A stretch of 64,000 nt of DNA from Methanofastidiosum sp. Its GTDB lineage: Archaea > Methanobacteriota_B > Thermococci > Methanofastidiosales > Methanofastidiosaceae. The translations under genes were made by a program, and so were the position numbers. The DNA is taken from contig DAOSDU010000007.1 in assembly GCA_035362715.1 (NCBI GenBank), positions 16,974 through 80,973 on the forward strand. Direction: 5' to 3'. Shown one piece after another: positions 1 to 9,744 of the stretch. The stretch's first letter is position 1, and the number at the start of each line of letters is the position of its first letter. A model generated the notes under the pieces. It saw only the letters and a program-made list of their open reading frames with translations, was not told where the DNA came from and did no database searches.

Positions 1-1
1 A

Positions 2-508
2 GAAATTCAGATTCCAGACTCTCAATCAAATCAACAACAAATAGAAGAGACTATACGAAAGGCAAATGCTGTTTTTAATACGGGGAAAGCACTGTATGAT
101 GTTGGAGAGTACCAGGCAGCAATTAATAGGTTTAACGAAGCAAGAACTATATACCAATCTGTATCCTATAGCGAAGGAGTAAATAATTCTGGAACTTTCA
201 TTTCAAATGCCACCTTACATATCCAAGCCAAATCATTAGAGGATCAAGCTCTTTCTCTAAGAAATGAAAAGAAATATGAAGAAGCCAAGTCAACCTATAA
301 GGCCGCAAAGGATCTTTATTCAGTAACTAACGACACAGTTAAAACTCAAGAGATGGATCAAAAAATAGCTGAAATTGACGATTTAATTACTGCTGAATCT
401 TTTTCTAGATTTGTAATGACTTTTGCTATTATAGTGGTCATAGTAGCAGCAATAGGGATAATATTCTTCTTCCTCAGAAAAAGAAAAAAATCTAAACAAG
501 GTGCTTAA
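2..508 (+). CDS. 3' end of a gene running in from upstream. TPR-like helical protein ending in a C-terminal TM helix and basic tail (…FVMTFAIIVVIVAAIGIIFFFLRKRKKSKQGA*)
   Basis: Frame 2 is open from the window edge to TAA at 506-508; hydrophobic 20-aa stretch then K/R tail. Confidence 0.5.
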   Translation, partial: EIQIPDSQSNQQQIEETIRKANAVFNTGKALYDVGEYQAAINRFNEARTIYQSVSYSEGVNNSGTFISNATLHIQAKSLEDQALSLRNEKKYEEAKSTYKAAKDLYSVTNDTVKTQEMDQKIAEIDDLITAESFSRFVMTFAIIVVIVAAIGIIFFFLRKRKKSKQGA

Positions 509-862
509 TTGTTAAGAGACGAGATTAAGAAAAGGGTAGAAAAACTTGAAAAAATAGCCATTAATTTTGAGAATGAGGGTTACTATCAAGATGCTGCGGA
601 CAGCTATGCCGAAGCTGCAAATTTTATAGTTGAAGAAAAAGATTTCTTCTGGGGGGCTGAGGACTTTAAAAAAGCTGCTGAGCTTTATTGGGATTCTGGA
701 GACACTGAGCGAGCTGAAACTCTTTTTAATACCGCCATAAATTATTATCTTTTGGATGCAGAATACTATCTAAAACGAGATGGATACTTTTGGGCTGTAA
801 GAGATTATAAATTGGCAGTACAATGCTATGAAAAGTGGCTTTCAATGGTCGGGAGAATTTAG
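509..862 (+). CDS. hypothetical helical (TPR-like) protein
   Basis: ORF track; TTG start immediately after the upstream stop, same frame; AGGTG 5 nt upstream is a plausible RBS; no internal ATG. Confidence 0.4.
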   Translation: MLRDEIKKRVEKLEKIAINFENEGYYQDAADSYAEAANFIVEEKDFFWGAEDFKKAAELYWDSGDTERAETLFNTAINYYLLDAEYYLKRDGYFWAVRDYKLAVQCYEKWLSMVGRI

Positions 863-871
863 AACAAGTTG

Positions 872-946
<75 letters not shown>

Positions 947-950
947 AAAG

Positions 951-1023
951 CGCCGCCAGCAGGACTCGAACCTGCGACCATTCGATTAACAGTCGAGCGC
1001 TCTACCTACTGAGCTATGGCGGC
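951..1023 (-). tRNA. tRNA-Asn (anticodon GTT)
   Basis: Reverse complement gccgccatagctcagtaggtagagcgctcgactgttaatcgaatggtcgcaggttcgagtcctgctggcggcg; anticodon loop cuGUUaa; T-loop GGTTCGAGTCC. Confidence 0.8.
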
Positions 1024-1089
1024 ATGAAGATTCCGAGTTCAGAATCATATATAAAACTTTCTATCCATTAAAATTTTCTCTAATTATTT

Positions 1090-2007
1090 TTAAAAAACAT
1101 TTAGTAAATACAAAAGTGGAATTATAGTGAACCATAAGATGTATGACAATGAAATCTGAAGTAATTTGTCAATTCTATTTTCAATTACATTTTTCATTAC
1201 TTGTGAAAACAATAGGTATAGGAGTAAAAATCCGTGAATTATAACAATGAGAAATATCACACTTGAAAACCCAAATATCCCAGAATATAAAAATAAAAAG
1301 CTCGAAATAATAGATATTGAAATCGATAAGACTGAGATTAGTGACGCTTTTCTTTGACCTAGTATTACTGTAAGTGTTTTTTTCCCTATTCTTTTATCTG
1401 CTTCATAATCTGGAAAACCTGCAAGGATTATGGCCCCAAAAATAGCAAAGAATAAGGGTATTGATACTAGCCATGGGAGGATAATATTTAGTTTTGGAGA
1501 TTGTAATAAAAATCCCGCCAATACAATGTAAAAACTATGGGTTATCCCAACATCAATTTCTCCTAAACCCCTATATGATAATTTTAATGGTGGAACTGTA
1601 TAGGCCAAACCCAGTAAAGCTCCAAGTGCTAATATTAAAAAAGCGTAGATGTTATATCTTAATGTTAAAATAATAGTCAAAGAACAGACAAGAGTAAGGG
1701 AGATAAATATCGCATTCTTTGCCTGCTTGAATGTAATCATTTCTTCTACTATCATTCTAGATCCGCCGGTAAATTGGCTATAATTTTTATTTATTTTATC
1801 GGTTTCATAGTCATAATACTCGTTAGAGATTACAGTTGCAAATTCTATCAAAAACAAAGCCATATACCCTAGGACATAAATAGTCAAATCAAAATTATTT
1901 AGTATTTTAAAGGAGCATAAAGCACCTACAGTATATGCAAGCCACGTCATAGGGTAAAATTGGAGTCTAGTTATCTTAAGCCAAGAAGCTAACTTATCGT
2001 TTTTCAT
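1090..2007 (-). CDS. UbiA-family prenyltransferase (DGGGP synthase-like), polytopic membrane protein
   Basis: Asp-rich motif NEYYDYETDKIN plus multiple TM helices, typical of the UbiA superfamily. Confidence 0.7.
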   Translation of the reverse strand: MKNDKLASWLKITRLQFYPMTWLAYTVGALCSFKILNNFDLTIYVLGYMALFLIEFATVISNEYYDYETDKINKNYSQFTGGSRMIVEEMITFKQAKNAIFISLTLVCSLTIILTLRYNIYAFLILALGALLGLAYTVPPLKLSYRGLGEIDVGITHSFYIVLAGFLLQSPKLNIILPWLVSIPLFFAIFGAIILAGFPDYEADKRIGKKTLTVILGQRKASLISVLSISISIISSFLFLYSGIFGFSSVIFLIVIIHGFLLLYLLFSQVMKNVIENRIDKLLQISLSYILWFTIIPLLYLLNVF

Positions 2008-2127
2008 TTAATGCCTTATTAGTTGGAATATATTTTAATTATAAATTTTTCTGCCGCCATAAATACCTAAAAATTAGCTTTACCGAAAATTTTTTATATA
2101 TAGATAAATAATCTAAGCAAATTCTAT

Positions 2128-3441
2128 GTGAGGATTATAGTACTTGGTGATTTTATGTTTGATACAGACTTAATTGAGAAACTCGTTTCTTCAGAAAACT
2201 ACTTCAAAAAAAGAAAAGACGTGGAAAAATTAAGGCACAAAGCAATTAAAATGTCACACAAATATCATTATGAAAATAATAAATTTTATCATGACTATTG
2301 CAAATTGAAAGGACTAAGCGGCGATATAAAGTCTGAAGACTTTCATAAAATAGTAATTCCCGATACGGTATTCAAGTCTTATCAGATGGAATCACCTGAA
2401 AAGAGCCCCCAAGAATTTAAAAAATGGATTGATAGAATCTCTTCAGTCCCCATTGACTTTACCCCAAAGGGTATGGGGTCTCTTGAAAGTTTTCTTCAAG
2501 AATTCTATTCTAATGGCATGCTATTGGGTTTTAGTAGTGGCACTTCCGGAAAACTGACATTTTTACCAAGAGATCCCTTTACTCAATCCATGTTGATTAG
2601 ATCATACACTGAAGCAATTGATGCAACTCTAAAACTTGACAAAGGTAAAGAGAGATTTATTCTTGGGATACCAAAAAAAACATTTTTACAAGTCGGCTTC
2701 AATGGAAAAGTTGTAGCTAACCACATATCTCCTGGCAACGTTTTTCATGCATTTGATGAATTGAAAGCCGATATAATAAGGCTTAGAATGAGAGGACCAA
2801 GATCCTCAAAAGAAAAAGTCATGAATTACTTTATTAAGAAAATGCTACCTCGACTTGAGAAAAATGCCATAAGAAATATAGCAACTAAGCTTGAGGAAAA
2901 TCAAGGAAAAAAAGTTGTTTTTATGGGGCCACCTTTTTTGATAATTGATACTGCTAAATATATTTTAGAAAATGGAATTAACGCAAAGATCGGGGCAGAC
3001 AGCTTTTTGGCTTCAACTGGAGGATTCAAAGGCAGATCAATTGTAAGTAGAGATAAAATGAACGACTTAATTGAAGAAGCTTTTGGATTAGATCCAAAGA
3101 GATATATTGACCTTTACGGGATGACCGAATCAAACTCGATAATGATTGATTGTACCGAGGGTAACACTAAACATATCCCTCCTTGGATGGAAGTTATACT
3201 ATTCGACGAGAGCATGGAACCAATACCTCAAGAAGGCAAAGTAACCGGGAATTATGCATTTCTTGAGCCTTCTTCAAAATCTTTTCCTGGATTTATTACT
3301 ACTGGGGATAAGTTGAAGGTAGATTACGAAGGATGCCCAGCGTGCAATAAAACCACCCCAATTCTTCTTAGTATCGAAAGACTTCCCAGAATTGAGAGCA
3401 GGGGATGCTCCGGCGTACTTGCAAAAACGGTGGCTGGTTAA
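2128..3441 (+). CDS. LuxE-like acyl-protein synthetase (adenylate-forming ANL superfamily)
   Basis: FSSGTSGK adenylation motif; N-terminal pattern resembling LuxE; translationally coupled to the LuxC-like gene. Confidence 0.6.
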   Translation: MRIIVLGDFMFDTDLIEKLVSSENYFKKRKDVEKLRHKAIKMSHKYHYENNKFYHDYCKLKGLSGDIKSEDFHKIVIPDTVFKSYQMESPEKSPQEFKKWIDRISSVPIDFTPKGMGSLESFLQEFYSNGMLLGFSSGTSGKLTFLPRDPFTQSMLIRSYTEAIDATLKLDKGKERFILGIPKKTFLQVGFNGKVVANHISPGNVFHAFDELKADIIRLRMRGPRSSKEKVMNYFIKKMLPRLEKNAIRNIATKLEENQGKKVVFMGPPFLIIDTAKYILENGINAKIGADSFLASTGGFKGRSIVSRDKMNDLIEEAFGLDPKRYIDLYGMTESNSIMIDCTEGNTKHIPPWMEVILFDESMEPIPQEGKVTGNYAFLEPSSKSFPGFITTGDKLKVDYEGCPACNKTTPILLSIERLPRIESRGCSGVLAKTVAG

Positions 3442-5007
3442 ATGTCAAAACTAAAAGGGTATTACCTTCCTAAATCTCTAAAGTCGATAGAGAAAGAAAT
3501 GGAATTCAGTGAAAAAAAAGTCAACGATTATTCTTTGTTATTGCCAAATATTAATCAAGACAACATAAAAGAAATAGTAACTGGACTAAAAGAAAATAGA
3601 AAAAAATATCTTATAAATATGCCCTTTCCAGAAATTGCTAAGATATATGGGGCAGTATCAAGAACGTGGTCAGATAATAACTATGAAAAAAAGAAGATCG
3701 CTCTTGAATTACTTCCAGTGTTGACAAATCTTTCACCAGAGTTAATAGAGTTTTATCAGTTTAGGTCCATATATAAAATAGATGAGAAGACTATTAATTT
3801 TCTATCAACTTTAAAATTACCGCCAGATGTTTTTAAGAATTTTACTCCAATTGACAACGCAAATACTTTTGTTAGGGCATACGCAGGATTTAGAGACAAA
3901 ATTGCACTAAAAAAAATAACTCAGTATAACCAAGAACTGGAGTTGGTGACTTACATAACACCCTCTAATGTACCTGGATTTATAGAAAGTCTTGGGATTT
4001 TTATAGCAAGCATAGTAAGAGCTTCAGGCTTAATTAAAACCCCTTCCGTTCAACCTCTATTTGCACCTTTATATGCGGAATCAGTAGCTGAACAAAGCAA
4101 ACAGATAGGTGAAACTATCGCGGTGGTACCGTGGGCAGGAGGGGATAAATCAATTGAGGATGTAATATTTCGAAACTCAAATGTAGTCAGTGTAGTTTCC
4201 AGCACTCAAACTGCAATTTCAGTTAAGGCAAGGGTAGATGAATTAAATAAAAGTGGAAGTTCCATTAAAGGATGTTATCATGGGGGAAAATTTGGAATTG
4301 AACTAATCGGGAGAGAAATGGCAAATCATGATGTTGCGGGCCTTGCTGCAATTGATGGAATTGGGTATGAAGGATATATGTGCGGGTCTCCTGCTTTTGG
4401 ATTTTTTGTTGAAGAAGGTGGGGAGCTGAGCCCATTAGAATTTGCAGAAGCTTTAGCCGGTGAAATGGAAAAAATATCGAGATCAATACCCCAGACTAAT
4501 TTTTTCAGGAAGTTAAGAGATATTAAAATTGGAGAAATAATATCAAGGCCTGAATTCGACGGAGGTCAGAAAATTTTTGCTTCTTCTGAAAATAATTTTG
4601 CAGTAATATATGAATCAAATTTTAATCTAAATCCTATAGGGCAAAATAGATTAATACGTGTCTTTGGAGTTAAGAATCTTGAAGAAGTAATTGGTGAAAT
4701 GAAACCATGGAAGGATTATCTACAGACGGCAGGAGTTGCAATAGGAAATGATAGGCTCAAAATCCTATCAGAGTTAATGGGAAAGACTGGATTTTCAAAC
4801 ATAAGAGTTGTTGGAACTGTAGCTTTGCCACGATTAGGCGAAGCATGGGACGGATACTATCCAGTATATGAATTTTTCATCCCCGATAGTATCCACTGGA
4901 CTTCCATCAATACAATTGACTTTGAAAATGAGATAAAAGAGCTTACTAAAATAAAGAATGCAGTCGTAAAGAAAGGTGTTTTTAATCCATCTCTTGGAAT
5001 TCGCTGA
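3442..5007 (+). CDS. LuxC-like acyl-CoA reductase (aldehyde-forming)
   Basis: LuxC-family landmarks: TWSDNNYEKK, LSPELIEF, PSNVPGF, LIKTPSVQP, VVPWAGGD, Cys in YMCGSPA; start overlaps the upstream stop (TAAATG). Confidence 0.6.
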   Translation: MSKLKGYYLPKSLKSIEKEMEFSEKKVNDYSLLLPNINQDNIKEIVTGLKENRKKYLINMPFPEIAKIYGAVSRTWSDNNYEKKKIALELLPVLTNLSPELIEFYQFRSIYKIDEKTINFLSTLKLPPDVFKNFTPIDNANTFVRAYAGFRDKIALKKITQYNQELELVTYITPSNVPGFIESLGIFIASIVRASGLIKTPSVQPLFAPLYAESVAEQSKQIGETIAVVPWAGGDKSIEDVIFRNSNVVSVVSSTQTAISVKARVDELNKSGSSIKGCYHGGKFGIELIGREMANHDVAGLAAIDGIGYEGYMCGSPAFGFFVEEGGELSPLEFAEALAGEMEKISRSIPQTNFFRKLRDIKIGEIISRPEFDGGQKIFASSENNFAVIYESNFNLNPIGQNRLIRVFGVKNLEEVIGEMKPWKDYLQTAGVAIGNDRLKILSELMGKTGFSNIRVVGTVALPRLGEAWDGYYPVYEFFIPDSIHWTSINTIDFENEIKELTKIKNAVVKKGVFNPSLGIR

Positions 5008-5109
5008 AATGCCTTATTTTATCAAAAGATTTTTGATTTTTTCTATTTTTTCAGGAGATAAAAAGAAATATTTAAATACTTTGCATGTTAATATATTATA
5101 GGTGCTTTA

Positions 5110-5343
5110 ATGGTATATGCATATGTTTTGATAACAGTTTCAATAGGAAAAATAAAGGAAGTAATTGAAGCTGTAAAGAAGATTGAAGGAGTAATAGAAG
5201 CCGATGTTATAACTGGCCCATACGATGCCATTGCAAAAATAAAAGCAAATGATTTAGGTGAACTTACAAAAACAGTAATCCAACAGATTCATTACATTGA
5301 AGGTGTAATTGATACAACAACTGCGATAGTAATCTCCGTATAA
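5110..5343 (+). CDS. stand-alone Lrp/AsnC C-terminal (RAM) ligand-binding domain protein
   Basis: 77 aa of beta-alpha-beta-beta-alpha-beta character; matches the small RAM-domain proteins common in archaea. Confidence 0.45.
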   Translation: MVYAYVLITVSIGKIKEVIEAVKKIEGVIEADVITGPYDAIAKIKANDLGELTKTVIQQIHYIEGVIDTTTAIVISV

Positions 5344-5370
5344 TAATACTATTTATTTTTTGGTGGTTTC

Positions 5371-6084
5371 TTGAATAAAAGCACAGCTATATGTGATGTA
5401 TCTCTTTTTGTTTCAAAAAGTAAATATTCTCAGGCTGAATCATTGATGAAATCTTTACATATTGAAGAGGTAATAATGCCTGAAGAACTCGTTGATATCC
5501 TTATGAAAGTTCATAGAGGAGAAGAACTCTTGGGTGAACAAGTTAGAGTCTTATCCTATTGGGCAAAAGGACCAGTTCCCAAGGATGAAGAAATAAGAAC
5601 TTTTTATGAAACACTTATCGAAAAAGGAATAAAAATTAGAACAATAAAAGAGTATGTTCTGAAAAAAGAAGTTGAATTGGGGTATACAAAATTAAGAGAG
5701 GGCATGGAAAAAGATGAGATGGAAGTCTATAATAAAAGTTGGAGAAATTTATATAATAAATTCTCTGAAACGATGCCTGATCAAACTGCAATCATATGCT
5801 CAAAAATCCTCTCCTTATCTCTTGTATTCAATGAGAAAATAGTCGCAGTTAATAGAAAACTTTTGAGATTTCTATTTGATTCTGGGCTAGAAGTATCAAA
5901 AGTTACATCTAAGATTGAAATTGATAAAAATATGGTCGAGCACAATATTATTTTCCTTAATGTTTACGGCTCAAAGACTTTTGAACCGCTTTTTTATGAA
6001 ATAAAAAATTCAATAAAGGAGAGTACAGAGATACAGGTAGAACTAGAAAAAGATGTAGGTTCAATCGTAATGTTTAACTTATAA
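5371..6084 (+). CDS. hypothetical protein
   Basis: ORF track only; no recognisable motif. Confidence 0.4.
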   Translation: MNKSTAICDVSLFVSKSKYSQAESLMKSLHIEEVIMPEELVDILMKVHRGEELLGEQVRVLSYWAKGPVPKDEEIRTFYETLIEKGIKIRTIKEYVLKKEVELGYTKLREGMEKDEMEVYNKSWRNLYNKFSETMPDQTAIICSKILSLSLVFNEKIVAVNRKLLRFLFDSGLEVSKVTSKIEIDKNMVEHNIIFLNVYGSKTFEPLFYEIKNSIKESTEIQVELEKDVGSIVMFNL

Positions 6085-6218
6085 ATACTAAATATATTAT
6101 AATTTTAATTATCCATTAAAGCTTTTAAATTCTATTTAATATATTTTTTAGATAGAAAGCTTTTTATATCACTTCAAATACATCAAAAACTAGCAATATT
6201 TTTAATGAGGTGTAAATT

Positions 6219-7886
6219 ATGGCAGAAATTAGACAACCAATGAGTGTCCAACCTGAAGGCGCTCAGAGATTTATGGGCAGAGATGCTCAAAGAATGAATA
6301 TTCTTGCTGGAAGAATAGTAGCAGAAACAGTAAAGACGACACTTGGTCCAAGAGGTATGGACAAAATGCTCGTTGACTCACTAGGAGACGTAGTCATCAC
6401 AAACGATGGTGCTACAATACTTAGCGAGATGGATATAGCTCATCCAGCAGCAAAAATGATTGTAGAAGTAGCAAAGACACAAGATGAGGAAGTTGGAGAC
6501 GGTACAACAACAGCAGTTGTCATTGCCGGAGAACTTCTAAAAAGGGCCGAAGATCTTCTCGATCAAGAAGTACACGCAACAGTTGTTGCATCTGGTTACA
6601 AACTTGCAGCTGAAAAGGCTGAAGAAATATTGAAAGATATTGGCGACAAGATTACAATCAATGACGATGATATACTTCTTGAAATTGCAAAGACTGCAAT
6701 GACTGGAAAGGGCGCAGAAAAATCAAAGGATACCTTAGCACCTTTAGCACTTAAAGCAGTAAAGCAGGTAGCTGTAAAAGAAAATGGAAACTACACAGTT
6801 GAAACTGAAGACATTAAGGTAGAGAAGAAAGAAGGTGGAAGTGTAGAAGATTCAAAACTCATCCAGGGACTTATTATTGACAAGGAAAGAGTCCACGACG
6901 GCATGCCAAAGAAACTAAAAGATGCAAAAATAGCTTTACTTGACTGTGCACTTGAAGTAAAAGAAACTGAAACTGATGCAGAAATTAGAATTACTTCTCC
7001 TGACCAGCTTCAAGCATTCTTGGATCAAGAAGAAGCAATGCTAAAGAAGATGGTAGATCAGATAAAAGCATCTGGCGCAACAGTCGTATTCTGTCAGAAG
7101 GGAATTGATGATTTAGCTCAGCACTACCTTGCAAAGAGTGGAATATACGCTGCAAGAAGAGTAAAAAAGAGCGATATGAAGAAACTTGCCAAAGCAACAG
7201 GTGCAAGAGTTGTAAACAAAATAGCTGATCTTGAAGGAAAGGATCTTGGTCATGCAGGCTCTGTCGAAGAGAAAAAGATCGGCGGAGACGAAATGACATT
7301 TGTCGAAGGATGCAAGGATCCAAAAGCAGTAAGCTTATTGTTAAGAGGCGGAACAGAACACTTTTTAGAGGAAGTAGAAAGAGCTCTTGAAGATGCTATA
7401 GGTGTCATATCTACAGCAATCGAAGATGGAACTATTTGTGCTGGCGGTGGAGCTGCAGAGATGGAACTATCAAAGAGACTTAACGAATATGCAGAAAAGA
7501 TTAGCGGTAGAGAACAGCTAGCCGTTAAAGCATTCGCACAGGCAATGGAAGTAATTCCAAGAACTTTAGCTGAAAATGCAGGTATGGACCCAATCGATAC
7601 AATCGTTGCACTCAAAGCTTCACATGAAACAAAAGATCACAAGAGATACGGAATTGACGTCTTTGACGGTAAAGTTAAAGACATGATGAAGGCCGGAGTT
7701 GTTGAGCCACTTAGAATAAAGGAGCAAGCAGTAAAGAGTGCTTCTGAATCAGCCATAATGATATTAAGGATTGATGACGTTATAGCCGCAAGCGGAATTG
7801 GTAAGAGAAGAGGAATGGGCGGCGATGACGACATGGATATGGGTGGCATGGGCGGAATGCCCGGTGGCATGCCTGGAATGATGTAA
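6219..7886 (+). CDS. ths: thermosome subunit (group II chaperonin)
   Basis: [23 protein letters not shown] motifs; C-terminal GGM repeat tail. Confidence 0.95.
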   Translation: MAEIRQPMSVQPEGAQRFMGRDAQRMNILAGRIVAETVKTTLGPRGMDKMLVDSLGDVVITNDGATILSEMDIAHPAAKMIVEVAKTQDEEVGDGTTTAVVIAGELLKRAEDLLDQEVHATVVASGYKLAAEKAEEILKDIGDKITINDDDILLEIAKTAMTGKGAEKSKDTLAPLALKAVKQVAVKENGNYTVETEDIKVEKKEGGSVEDSKLIQGLIIDKERVHDGMPKKLKDAKIALLDCALEVKETETDAEIRITSPDQLQAFLDQEEAMLKKMVDQIKASGATVVFCQKGIDDLAQHYLAKSGIYAARRVKKSDMKKLAKATGARVVNKIADLEGKDLGHAGSVEEKKIGGDEMTFVEGCKDPKAVSLLLRGGTEHFLEEVERALEDAIGVISTAIEDGTICAGGGAAEMELSKRLNEYAEKISGREQLAVKAFAQAMEVIPRTLAENAGMDPIDTIVALKASHETKDHKRYGIDVFDGKVKDMMKAGVVEPLRIKEQAVKSASESAIMILRIDDVIAASGIGKRRGMGGDDDMDMGGMGGMPGGMPGMM

Positions 7887-7898
7887 AATAAAAAATAA

Positions 7899-7915
7899 TT
7901 TTTTCTTTTATTTAA
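7899..7915 (+). terminator. oligo-T tract downstream of the thermosome gene (archaeal-type terminator)
   Basis: ttttttcttttattt immediately after the stop codon. Confidence 0.3.
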
Positions 7916-7973
7916 TATTTTTATTAAATTTTTCTTAAGCAATCTTTATTAATTTAATAAGACCATTTCTTAT

Positions 7974-8651
7974 ATGGAATGTCAATCCATTATAGAAAAA
8001 TTAAAGATGATTTCTGACCCTAAAACTTTAGAGGGAATGTCAAGATACGGAATTAAAACAGACAAGGCATTTGGAGTTTCAATCCCCAATATAAGGGCAT
8101 TGGCAAAACAAGTAGGTAAAGATCATGTTTTGGCTCAGACATTATGGGAATTAGGTTATCACGAAACTAAAATTCTTGCCAGCATGATCGACGATCCAAA
8201 AAAACTCACAAATGAACAAATGGAGAATTGGGCCAAAGACTTTGACTCATGGGATGTATGCGACCAGGTCTGTAATAATCTTTTTGGAAAAAGCTCTTTG
8301 GCTTTTGACAAATCTTTTGAGTGGTGTAAACGAGGCGAAGAATTTGTTAAAAGGGCAGGCTATGTTCTAATGGCAGTTTTAGCAGTTCACGATAAAACTA
8401 GGGCAGATGAAGATTTTTTTAAGTTTATGCCTGAAATTTTTAATGGCTCAACAGATGAGCGATTATACGTCAAAAAAGCAGTAAACTGGGCTTTAAGGCA
8501 AATAGGTAAGAGAAATCTTATTTTACATAAAAAAGCTATTGAATATGCACAAAACATTCAAAAAATTGATTCCAAATCTGCAAAGTGGATAGCTTCCGAT
8601 GCATTAAGAGAATTACAAAATCCAGAAATCTTAGAACGAATTAAAAAATAA
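7974..8651 (+). CDS. DNA alkylation repair protein (AlkD/AlkC-like HEAT-repeat glycosylase family)
   Basis: Sequence pattern typical of PF08713 DNA_alkylation proteins: N-terminal helical repeats with W/D-rich core. Confidence 0.65.
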   Translation: MECQSIIEKLKMISDPKTLEGMSRYGIKTDKAFGVSIPNIRALAKQVGKDHVLAQTLWELGYHETKILASMIDDPKKLTNEQMENWAKDFDSWDVCDQVCNNLFGKSSLAFDKSFEWCKRGEEFVKRAGYVLMAVLAVHDKTRADEDFFKFMPEIFNGSTDERLYVKKAVNWALRQIGKRNLILHKKAIEYAQNIQKIDSKSAKWIASDALRELQNPEILERIKK

Positions 8652-8715
8652 AAATCCATAACTAATTTAAAGAGTTTTTATATATCTTAATTAGACGTGA
8701 TCTTGAGGTGTAAAA

Positions 8716-9072
8716 ATGTTAGATATAGAAGGATTAAGTACTGAAGCAAAGATTGGAAAAATATTGATTTTGGTATCTCTTATATTGGGTATAGTCGGAG
8801 TCCTGGGATTGCTTGTCGGTTTTAGCTTTGGAGCATTATTTCCTTTGAGGTATACGAGAGGATTTCCTCTGTTTGCTGGATTGTTCATGATATTTGTAGC
8901 AGTTATTAAGATTTTAGGATTAATAATAGGCTTCATAGCATTATCTTCGACAAATCTCAAAAAATTCAACAAAGCAGGCATATACGCTATAATATCCAGT
9001 TTATTGCCCCCTCTTGACATAATAATGCTCATAGGTGGTATTTTATGTCTTATTAGCAAAGAAGCAAAATAA
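8716..9072 (+). CDS. small integral membrane protein (DUF4064-like)
   Basis: Three or four hydrophobic helices. Preferred over the overlapping minus-strand ORF 8691..9092, which is N/P-rich antisense-looking. Confidence 0.45.
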   Translation: MLDIEGLSTEAKIGKILILVSLILGIVGVLGLLVGFSFGALFPLRYTRGFPLFAGLFMIFVAVIKILGLIIGFIALSSTNLKKFNKAGIYAIISSLLPPLDIIMLIGGILCLISKEAK

Positions 9073-9126
9073 TATAATTTTTTTAATTTCAAAAACTATT
9101 TAAACGTTTAATGAAATTAGGTTATT

Positions 9127-9588
9127 GTGAGTTTAACAACAGCTATAGTTAGTTTTTTTTACAATCCGATTATCCTCCCAACTTTGATTGCTTATTTGGC
9201 ATCTGTTGTTGGAAAAATAATTCATGAGTCTATCAAAAAGAAACATTTATCCATACAAGTTGCCATACAAGATGGAGGAATGCCAAGTTCTCACACGGCA
9301 ACAGTTATTGGGTTGTCAACAGCAATTTTTATGCATGAAGGAATGTCTACTGTATTTTGGGTTTCTCTAGTCTTTGCATTTGTAGTGATGAAGGATGCGA
9401 CAGGTATAAGGTGGGAAACAGGTCAACAGGCGAAGGTAATAAATCAAATGATGAAAAAACTTCGTATGGGAAAGGTAGTTGATGAAGAATTAAAGGAATT
9501 GCTTGGACATACAGAGGCTCAAGTTGTAGGTGGATTTATTGTGGGAGTTATATTCTCTTATTTAGGGTATAATGCTTTTTTTGGATAA
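9127..9588 (+). CDS. divergent PAP2-family membrane protein (DUF212)
   Basis: MPSSHTA motif; GTG start. Confidence 0.6.
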   Translation: MSLTTAIVSFFYNPIILPTLIAYLASVVGKIIHESIKKKHLSIQVAIQDGGMPSSHTATVIGLSTAIFMHEGMSTVFWVSLVFAFVVMKDATGIRWETGQQAKVINQMMKKLRMGKVVDEELKELLGHTEAQVVGGFIVGVIFSYLGYNAFFG

Positions 9589-9744
9589 TATATTGAATTT
9601 GGAGTACTTCTCTTTTCATAAAAATACTTTCAAACTAATCCAAATTAGATTTAACTAAAAACCTTTACTTTATCGCTTTTTTTGAGAATTAAAAAATAAC
9701 TTCTAACAAAGAAGTTTTTAAGTAAAGCATCTCCAACAATTTCC

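Noticed and set aside
506-511. In-frame stop (TAA) between two TPR-like ORFs, with the second ORF having no internal ATG; possible read-through or pseudogene
   Set aside because: AGGTG sits 5 nt upstream of the TTG at 509 and gives a normal RBS plus alternative start. The upstream protein ends in a typical tail-anchor (TM plus basic residues). Two separate genes is the simpler reading.
8691-9092. 133-aa minus-strand ORF overlapping the 8716..9072 plus-strand ORF
   Set aside because: N/P-rich low-complexity translation typical of the antisense frame of a membrane-protein gene. The plus-strand product has clean TM helices.
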